Made by a program: the position numbers and the translations under genes | Shown here: positions 57,620 to 64,000 of the stretch, piece after piece | How positions within the stretch are numbered: the stretch's first letter is position 1 | How the letters are laid out: every line of letters starts with the position of its first letter | Notes under the pieces: generated by a model | What the model was told of the DNA's origin: nothing | Databases searched by the model: none | Seen by the model: only the letters and a program-made list of their open reading frames with translations | Source: Candidatus Binatia bacterium | Lineage (GTDB): Bacteria > Desulfobacterota > Binatia > UBA9968 > JAJDTQ01 | Assembly: GCA_963666515.2 (NCBI GenBank) | Contig: OY762897.2 | Span: 192,001-256,000 of the forward strand | Length of the DNA: 64,000 nucleotides | Reading direction: 5' to 3'

Positions 57620-60091
57620 ATGATGACGGAACCACAAATCGAGAAGGTGCGGGGCTACTGCGCCTTGTGCACCGCCCACTGCGCCACCGTGGCCACGGTG
57701 GAGGACGGACGGGTGACGCGGCTGGACGCGGACCACGACCATCCCAACGGCGGCGCCATCTGCGTCAAGGGCAAGGCCGCGCCGGAGCTGGTCTACAACG
57801 GCGAGCGCCTGGACTACCCGTTGCGCCGCACCAACCCCAAGGGCGCTGAGGACCCGGGCTGGGAGCGGGTGGGTTGGGACGAGGCGCTGGACGACATCGC
57901 CGCGCGCCTGCTCGACATCCGGGAGCGCTACGGCGCCGAGGCCGTCGTCATGGCGCGGGGTACCGCCAGCGGCACCTCGACGGACGACGTCAACGGCTGG
58001 TCGTCGCGCCTCCTGAACCTCATCGGCAGCCCCAATGCGCTGTCCACCACCCACGTCTGCAACTGGCACCGCGACACGGCGTTCAGCTACACGTTCGGCG
58101 TGCCGCAGCCGTCTCCGGACGTGCTCAACAGCGGCGCCTTCCTTCTGTGGGGCCACAACCCGAGCTCCACGCAGTTGATGCTGGCCCAGGACACCGTCAC
58201 CGCGCGCAAGCGCGGCATGAAGATCGTGGTGGTGGACCCGCGAAAGGTCGGCCTGGGCAGTCAGGCCGACGTGCTGCTGCAGGTGCGCCCGGGCGCCGAC
58301 GGGGCGCTGGCCTTGGCCCTCGTCCACGTCATGATCGAGGAGGGACGCTACGACGAAGACTTCGTCCGCGACTGGACCAACGGCCCGTTCCTGCTGCGCA
58401 CGGACACCGGAAAGCCGTTGACCGAGGCGGACGTGGCAGCCGGGGGCAGTGGGGAGCGCTACGTGGTCTGGGACGAAGCCTCGGAGCAGGCGGTGGTCTA
58501 CGATCCGCATGCCAAAGCCTTCGAGGCGGACGGCCTCCAGCCGGTGGCTGCCGACGGGCCGGGGGTGAACGACGCCCCCGACGCCGGCGCCGGCGACGCG
58601 GCCAGGGTGCGGCCGGCGCTGCTCGGACGCTTCGGCGTGCCAGCGAAGGACGGCGGTACAATCTCGTGCGAGCCTGCCTTCGCCGCGCTGGCGCGGCTTG
58701 CCTCGTCCTACGCCCCGGAACGGTCCGAGAGCGTCACCCGTGTTCCCGCGGACAACGTACGCGAGGCCGCCCGTGTCCTAAGCGGCAACCGGCCCGTGAG
58801 CATGTTCATGTGGAACGGCGTCGGCCAGCACACCAACGCGACCCAGACGAGCCGGGCCATCTCCACGTTGTACGCGTTGCTGGGCGACATCGACGAGCTG
58901 GGCGGCAACCTGATGCTGCCCATGGCGCCGCTTCGCGCGGTGGACGGCAAGGAGTTCATTTCCTCCGAGGCGCTCGCCAGGCGCATCGGCCTCGAAGAGA
59001 AACCGCTGGGACCGCCGGCGACCGCCGGCGCTTGCGCGGCTCACGACGTCTACACCGCCATCCTCGAGGACCGCCCGTACCCGGTGCACGCCCTCATCAA
59101 CCTGGGCTCCAACACGGTGATGTCCAACGGCGACCCGGCGCGGGGCCGCGAGGCCCTCTGCGCGCTGGATCTGGGAGTGGCCACCGAGCTGTTCATGACC
59201 CCCACCGCTGAGCTCTGCGACTACGTGCTGCCCGCCACCAGTTTCCTGGAGATGGACCATCTCGTGGGCGGGTTCCGGCACCGGGTGGATGCCCGCTCCC
59301 ACGTCCAGTACCGGCGGCGGGCGGTGGACCCGCTGGAGGAGCGGCGCCCGGACACGTGGGTGATGTTCGAGCTGGCCAAGCGCATGGGCTTCGGCGACGA
59401 CTTCTGGGACGGCGACGTGGAGGCGGCCCGCGCGTACCAGTTGGAGCCCACGGGCATGACCCTGGACGAGGTCAAGGCGCACCCGGGCGGCGTGACCCTG
59501 GACAACCCGCGACGCTACCGGAAATACGCCGACACCGACGGGGAGGGGCGGCCGAAGGGTTTCAACAATCCGTCCGGCAGGGTGGAAATCTACTCGCACC
59601 GGCTGGCGGAGCACGGTTTCCCGCCGCTGCCGGAGTACGTGGAGCCGGCCCTCAGCCCCTTGAGCCAGCCGGAACTCGCCGGGGAGTATCCCCTGGTCCT
59701 CACCAATGCCAAGGTCACGACGTTCATCCATAGCCAGCACCGGGCCCTGCCCAGTCTTCGCAAGGCGGCGCCGGAGCCCAGCGCCGAGCTCCATCCGGAT
59801 ACCGCGGGGGAGCACGGCGTCGAGCACAAGCAGTGGATGATCGTGGAGAGCCCCAAGGGCGCGGTCAAGGTGCGGGCGAACCTCACGCGCCGGATCATCC
59901 CCGGAGTGGTCTGCGTTCAGCACGGCTGGTGGCAGCCCTGCCGAGAGCTGGAGCTTCCGGGCCACGATCCTTTCAGCGGGCTCGGCGCCAACCCCAACGG
60001 GCTCGTGGACGCCGAGCACCGCGACCCGATCAGCGGCTCGCTGCCGCACCGGTCGTTCCTGTGCCGGGTGCGCCCGGCCGATGACGCCTGA
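57620..60091 (+). CDS. Mo/W-bisPGD oxidoreductase catalytic subunit (DMSO reductase superfamily, cytoplasmic)
   Basis: CALCTAHC..C 4Fe-4S motif, HVC putative Mo ligand, VVDPR, TPTA..CDYVLPA, C-terminal HSQ; no Tat signal. Confidence 0.9.
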   Translation: MMTEPQIEKVRGYCALCTAHCATVATVEDGRVTRLDADHDHPNGGAICVKGKAAPELVYNGERLDYPLRRTNPKGAEDPGWERVGWDEALDDIAARLLDIRERYGAEAVVMARGTASGTSTDDVNGWSSRLLNLIGSPNALSTTHVCNWHRDTAFSYTFGVPQPSPDVLNSGAFLLWGHNPSSTQLMLAQDTVTARKRGMKIVVVDPRKVGLGSQADVLLQVRPGADGALALALVHVMIEEGRYDEDFVRDWTNGPFLLRTDTGKPLTEADVAAGGSGERYVVWDEASEQAVVYDPHAKAFEADGLQPVAADGPGVNDAPDAGAGDAARVRPALLGRFGVPAKDGGTISCEPAFAALARLASSYAPERSESVTRVPADNVREAARVLSGNRPVSMFMWNGVGQHTNATQTSRAISTLYALLGDIDELGGNLMLPMAPLRAVDGKEFISSEALARRIGLEEKPLGPPATAGACAAHDVYTAILEDRPYPVHALINLGSNTVMSNGDPARGREALCALDLGVATELFMTPTAELCDYVLPATSFLEMDHLVGGFRHRVDARSHVQYRRRAVDPLEERRPDTWVMFELAKRMGFGDDFWDGDVEAARAYQLEPTGMTLDEVKAHPGGVTLDNPRRYRKYADTDGEGRPKGFNNPSGRVEIYSHRLAEHGFPPLPEYVEPALSPLSQPELAGEYPLVLTNAKVTTFIHSQHRALPSLRKAAPEPSAELHPDTAGEHGVEHKQWMIVESPKGAVKVRANLTRRIIPGVVCVQHGWWQPCRELELPGHDPFSGLGANPNGLVDAEHRDPISGSLPHRSFLCRVRPADDA

Positions 60092-60100
60092 GGAGAATGA

Positions 60101-61174
60101 ATGGTTCTCGTACTCAAGAATGAACAACTGGAAGACCTCGTTCCCATGACGGACGAGATCGACGCCATCGAGCAGGCCTATCGCGAGATGGGCGAGGGAA
60201 GCGCGGTCAATTCACCCCGGGCCCGCCTCCGGGTGCAGGCGCCGGGAAAGAAGCCCGGCTTCCAGTACTACTTCAACAACATCATGGGCCTCGTTCCCGG
60301 CATGAAGTCCATGGGGCTCCGCATCGACTCGACCTTCTCCGACGAAGAGGAGGTGGCGGGCACCAAGCGGCGCATCTACCCCGGCGACTACGTGGGCCTC
60401 GTCTTCCTGTTCGACATGGAGGACTGCTCGCTGCTGTCCATCATGGACGACCACTTCATCTCCATCTTCCGCGTCGGCGCCACCAGCGGCGTGGCGGCCA
60501 AGCACTTGGCTCGGGCGGACGCCAAGGTCATGGGGTTGGTGGGTTCCGGGGAGCAGGCCAAGACCCAGCTCCTGGCTGCCTGCGCCGTGCGCCAGCTCGA
60601 CACGGTCAAGGTGTTCAGCCCCACCCGCGCCAACCGCGAACGCTTCGCCGAGGAGATGACCGAGAAGGCGGGGGTGGAGATCGTGCCGGTGCACTCCGCG
60701 GAAGAGGCCGTGCGCGGCAGCGACATCGTCACCGCGGCCACCAACACGGTGGACCCGGTCATCAACGGCGAGTGGCTGGAGAAGGGCGCCTTCGTCAACA
60801 GCATCGTAGGCGGCGACAGCTACCTGTCCCGCCACGAGCTGGACGACGCCGTGATCGAGCGCGCCGGTCTCATCGTGGTGGGCTTCCGCAGGCAGGTCTT
60901 CCTCGACAAGCAGGCCGAGCTGTTCCCCCGCATCGAGCGCGGCCTCATCAAGGAGGAAGACCTGCACGAACTGGGCGAGCTCCTCACCGGCCAGTGCCGC
61001 GGCCGCGAGAACGACGACGAGATCATCGTCTTCAAGAACAACACCGGCATGGGCATCCAGTTCGCCGCCACCGCCCGCATCCTCTACGAGGCCGCCCGCA
61101 AGAAGGGCATCGGCACCGAGCTCCCCTCCGAGTTGTTCATCACCGACCGCAAGGGCAAGACCTACTCGCCGTAG
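60101..61174 (+). CDS. Ornithine cyclodeaminase/mu-crystallin family protein (atypical)
   Basis: FRVGATSG, VGSGEQA, VFSPTRANRERF, FKNNTGMGIQFAA. Confidence 0.87.
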   Translation: MVLVLKNEQLEDLVPMTDEIDAIEQAYREMGEGSAVNSPRARLRVQAPGKKPGFQYYFNNIMGLVPGMKSMGLRIDSTFSDEEEVAGTKRRIYPGDYVGLVFLFDMEDCSLLSIMDDHFISIFRVGATSGVAAKHLARADAKVMGLVGSGEQAKTQLLAACAVRQLDTVKVFSPTRANRERFAEEMTEKAGVEIVPVHSAEEAVRGSDIVTAATNTVDPVINGEWLEKGAFVNSIVGGDSYLSRHELDDAVIERAGLIVVGFRRQVFLDKQAELFPRIERGLIKEEDLHELGELLTGQCRGRENDDEIIVFKNNTGMGIQFAATARILYEAARKKGIGTELPSELFITDRKGKTYSP

Positions 61175-61243
61175 CCGTCCCCGGAACCGAGGCGTTGGCG
61201 GCCTCCCGTACCCAAGGGGGGCGTCTTCGCTTTGCTCCAATAC

Positions 61244-61272
61244 TTGCGCACGGTCCATTTATGGACTACGCT
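61244..61272 (+). promoter_or_regulatory. Putative TA promoter with palindromic operator in the spacer
   Basis: TTGCGC-N17-TACGCT; perfect inverted repeat GTCCAT-TT-ATGGAC at 61253-61266. Confidence 0.55.
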
Positions 61273-61285
61273 ATCGGAAAGAGAT

Positions 61286-61702
61286 ATGGATCATGCCATG
61301 ACTGCACGAGCGTACCCAGCAACGGCAGCAGAACGAAAGGACTTGTCTGGTCCGGCGTTGCGCACGTTCTTTCGGATCGCGGGTCTCTGGAGCCTCTCGG
61401 TCGAGGAACAGATGACCCTTCTCGGGGTGGCAGCTCGATCGACCTTCTTCAAGTGGAAGAAGGATCCGAACGTCGTTCTGCCAAGAGATACGCTGGAGCG
61501 CATTTCCTACATCGTAGGCGTCTACAAGGCGCTTCAGATTCTGCTGCCCGACGAAAAAGCAGCCGATGAATGGGTAAGGCGACCGAATGCGGCGCCCCTG
61601 TTCAGCGGCCGGTCGGCCCTTGACCGGATGTTGTCCGGCCAGGTAGCGGACCTGTTCCTCGTTCGGCAATACCTCGACGCAGAGCGCGGCGGCTGGGCGT
61701 GA
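61286..61702 (+). CDS. Xre/MbcA/ParS-type antitoxin
   Basis: LRTFFRIA..W.L, LERIS...IYKAL, W.RRPN..LFSG..ALD, VRQYLDAERGG. Confidence 0.9.
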   Translation: MDHAMTARAYPATAAERKDLSGPALRTFFRIAGLWSLSVEEQMTLLGVAARSTFFKWKKDPNVVLPRDTLERISYIVGVYKALQILLPDEKAADEWVRRPNAAPLFSGRSALDRMLSGQVADLFLVRQYLDAERGGWA

Positions 61703-62394
61703 CGCCGCCGGTTACCTCTATAGAGTGGAAGCCGTGCTGGCGAATCATCCCCAGCCGATTCCCGCCGATTCAGCTCTTCGAGCGAGTGACGGAGCCACAA
61801 GATCTGGAAGCGATCCTTGAGTTGGACGCGCTGACCAATCCCATGCTCCGCAACGAGGTCGGCAACATCCAGCTCGTGCCGCCCGAAGACCGCGTCAGCG
61901 GGCCGGGCACCAGCGTGATCATGGCGGCGTTCACCCATGTGAACCCGAACGGCAGCCGGTTCTCGGATGGCACGTACGGAGTCTTCTATGCCGCGAACGA
62001 CCTCGATACGGCCATTGCCGAGACCAAGCGCCACCGCGAGCGGTTCATGATCGCCACCGCACAGCGGCGCCTGGAGCTGGACATGCGGGTTTATCTGGCC
62101 GACCTTGAGGGACGCCTGCATGACTTGCGCGGACAGATGGCTGCGCAGCCGCTCATCTATCACACCGACAACTACGTCGCGGGCCAGCATCTGGGGAGAA
62201 CGCTGCGCGAGGGCGGGTCCAACGGCATCGTCTATGACAGCGTCCGCCGGACAGGGGGCGAGTGCGTCGCCGTATTCCGGCCACGCCTTCTCTCGAACGC
62301 CCGGCAAGAGCGGCATCTCCGCTACGTCTGGGATGGTCGGCAGATCGCGGCCGTCCATGAGCGACAAGAACTCGACAAGGATGGGATGTCCTGA
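61699..62394 (+). CDS. RES-domain toxin (NAD+ phosphorylase/mART-like)
   Basis: WRIIPSRF (R), SRFSDG.YG.FYAA, AIAET (E), YDSVR (S); GTGA overlap with the antitoxin. Confidence 0.9.
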   Translation: MTPPVTSIEWKPCWRIIPSRFPPIQLFERVTEPQDLEAILELDALTNPMLRNEVGNIQLVPPEDRVSGPGTSVIMAAFTHVNPNGSRFSDGTYGVFYAANDLDTAIAETKRHRERFMIATAQRRLELDMRVYLADLEGRLHDLRGQMAAQPLIYHTDNYVAGQHLGRTLREGGSNGIVYDSVRRTGGECVAVFRPRLLSNARQERHLRYVWDGRQIAAVHERQELDKDGMS

Positions 62395-62423
62395 CGGTCA
62401 TGGCCAAATCCGCGTGACTCCGT

Positions 62424-63701
62424 TCAAAGTCGGCCGGGCTTGACGGGCCGCCTGATCAGCAGGGTGAGTCCGGCGCACAGGACCTGCACGGCGATGAAGA
62501 GGGTCAGGGACAGGTCGTAGCTGCCGGTGTAGTCGTAGGGGTAGCCGAAGGCGAGGCCGCCCGTGGCGGCGCAGAGCAGGAGGATCGGCACGCTGAGACT
62601 CCGGACCGTGCCGAGGGATATCCGGCCGAAGTAGTTGGCCCACATGACTTCCTGCAGGACCTGCGCCCCGCCGAGTCCGGCCCCGTAGAGGAAGAAGGCT
62701 ACATAGAGCCAGCGCAGCTCGGTGGTTTGCAGTGCAAGGACGAGCCCCGAGCCCTGTATGACGAACATCAGCGCCGTGGCCTTGCGGACGCTGACCCGTT
62801 CCCCCACGAATCCCCACAGAAGGCCCGATCCGAGCTGGGTCGCGGCGGTGACCGTCTGCACGGAGCCGGCCCAGACCGGGGAGTAGCCCATGTCGGAAAT
62901 GAACGGGACCAGGTGGAGGTTGAAGCCCGCCACCCCCATGTCGACCGTGCTGAAGATGAAGGTGATGAGCCAGAAGGTGGACGTGCGCATGGCCTCGCGC
63001 CGGGTCCAGCTCACGTCGGCGAGCACCGGAGCGCTGCCGGACCGGTCCGCGGGGGCCGCGTCCCGGGACCCGTAGGGCTCGGCGGCGCCGTCGGGGTGAA
63101 GCCCGAGGTCCTCCGGGCTCCGCCGCATCCACACCGCCGCCGGGATCAGGATCAGGAAGATCACCAGGCCCCCGAACAGGATCCACACGTAACGCCAGCC
63201 GATGGCCGTGAGCAGCACCGCGGCGACCAGGGCGATGGCGGTCTTGGAGATGCCCTGTCCCAGGTGCGCGATGGCCACGGCCCGGCCGCGCTTTTTCACG
63301 AACCAGCGGGAGATGGTGACGTTGACCACGAAGTAGCACACCAGGGCGTGCCCGATGGACACCGGCCCCACCCGTATCAACGCGAATTCCCAGAAGTTGC
63401 GGGCGTATCCCAGCAGCAGGAAGCCGGCGATCGAGATGGCCGCGCCGATGACCATGAGCCAGCGGGCGCCGTAGCGGTCCAGCAGGGAGCCGATCCACGG
63501 CGCCACGCCGGCGTAGCTCACCAGTTCCATGGCGCGCATGAGCGAGAACGTGCCGCGGGAGACGCCGAGATCGGCGGTGATGGATTTCATCAGCACCCCG
63601 AGGGTGCTGGAAAGGTAGAACGGGCAGGCGAGCTGCACCACGAAGCCGGTGCCGACGATGTACCAGCCGTAGAACAGCTTGGGTCTTGCGGATTTCTGCA
63701 T
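62424..63701 (-). CDS. MFS transporter
   Basis: FYGW, G.LLDRYGAR motif A, WFVKKRGRA, 12 TM, YDYTGSY. Confidence 0.92.
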   Translation of the reverse strand: MQKSARPKLFYGWYIVGTGFVVQLACPFYLSSTLGVLMKSITADLGVSRGTFSLMRAMELVSYAGVAPWIGSLLDRYGARWLMVIGAAISIAGFLLLGYARNFWEFALIRVGPVSIGHALVCYFVVNVTISRWFVKKRGRAVAIAHLGQGISKTAIALVAAVLLTAIGWRYVWILFGGLVIFLILIPAAVWMRRSPEDLGLHPDGAAEPYGSRDAAPADRSGSAPVLADVSWTRREAMRTSTFWLITFIFSTVDMGVAGFNLHLVPFISDMGYSPVWAGSVQTVTAATQLGSGLLWGFVGERVSVRKATALMFVIQGSGLVLALQTTELRWLYVAFFLYGAGLGGAQVLQEVMWANYFGRISLGTVRSLSVPILLLCAATGGLAFGYPYDYTGSYDLSLTLFIAVQVLCAGLTLLIRRPVKPGRL

Positions 63702-63722
63702 TGCCTTGAGTCGGCCGGTTGG

Positions 63723-64000
63723 TCACCGGGCCGATTCGAGCCCGGCCGGGTGGCGGGGTCTCCGTATGGTAAGCGTCAGCAGCGATGAGATCACCAGCAT
63801 GGTCATGAACAGGTAGAAGGAAATCGTGTACGATCCGGTGTAGTCGTTCACGAAGCCGAAGAACGGCGGACCGCAGACGCCGCAGAGCAGCACGATCTGC
63901 AGGGAGGCGCCGCGCACCGTGCCGAGCGAGATGCGGCCGAAATAGTTCGCCCACATGACCTCCTCCAACACCTGTACGCCGCCGAGCCCCAGGCCGTAGA
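63723..64000 (-). CDS. MFS transporter, C-terminal part (truncated by window edge)
   Basis: EVMWANYFGRISLGTVR shared with the downstream paralog; NDYTGSY. Confidence 0.85.
   Translation of the reverse strand, partial: YGLGLGGVQVLEEVMWANYFGRISLGTVRGASLQIVLLCGVCGPPFFGFVNDYTGSYTISFYLFMTMLVISSLLTLTIRRPRHPAGLESAR

Noticed and set aside
57620-60091. Acetylene hydratase, nitrate reductase or formate dehydrogenase assignment
   Set aside because: Lacks the acetylene-hydratase Asp in the Fe-S motif, has no FDH/Nap active-site motif and no partner subunits.

Overview
High-GC bacterial chromosomal segment, densely coding (about 65 CDS, one tRNA-Phe). The rpmE-prfA-prmC-murA-hisD order and the heavy paralog expansion suggest a Deltaproteobacteria-like lineage such as Binatia; this is inference, not determined. 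About 0-45 kb and 56-64 kb form a mosaic of uptake and catabolic genes: one TTT and two TRAP transporters, four amidohydrolase_2 paralogs, three atypical ornithine cyclodeaminase/mu-crystallin paralogs, two amidases, a ComDE-like TPP decarboxylase, a molybdopterin oxidoreductase, an orphan E2 and MFS transporters. Housekeeping blocks are prmA-rsmE, zwf, rpmE-prfA-prmC-murA-hisDBHAF, trxB, moaC and radC, plus an Xre/RES toxin-antitoxin pair. No transposase, integrase or CRISPR array was seen, but three families of short REP-like palindromes are scattered throughout. Best candidates for undescribed biology: (1) a coupled GCS2-type carboxylate-amine ligase-CBS fusion plus M14 deacylase pair; (2) a mu-crystallin subfamily with an NNxGxGxQFAA motif in place of the canonical Asp motif; (3) a shared 18-bp promoter/operator motif upstream of both TRAP operons; (4) REP-like repeats taken into coding signals (PrmC tail, stop codons, murA RBS); (5) a GatC-like/amidase/amidohydrolase tandem. 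All calls come from motif reading by eye; many start codons were moved from the ORF track to the likely true start.
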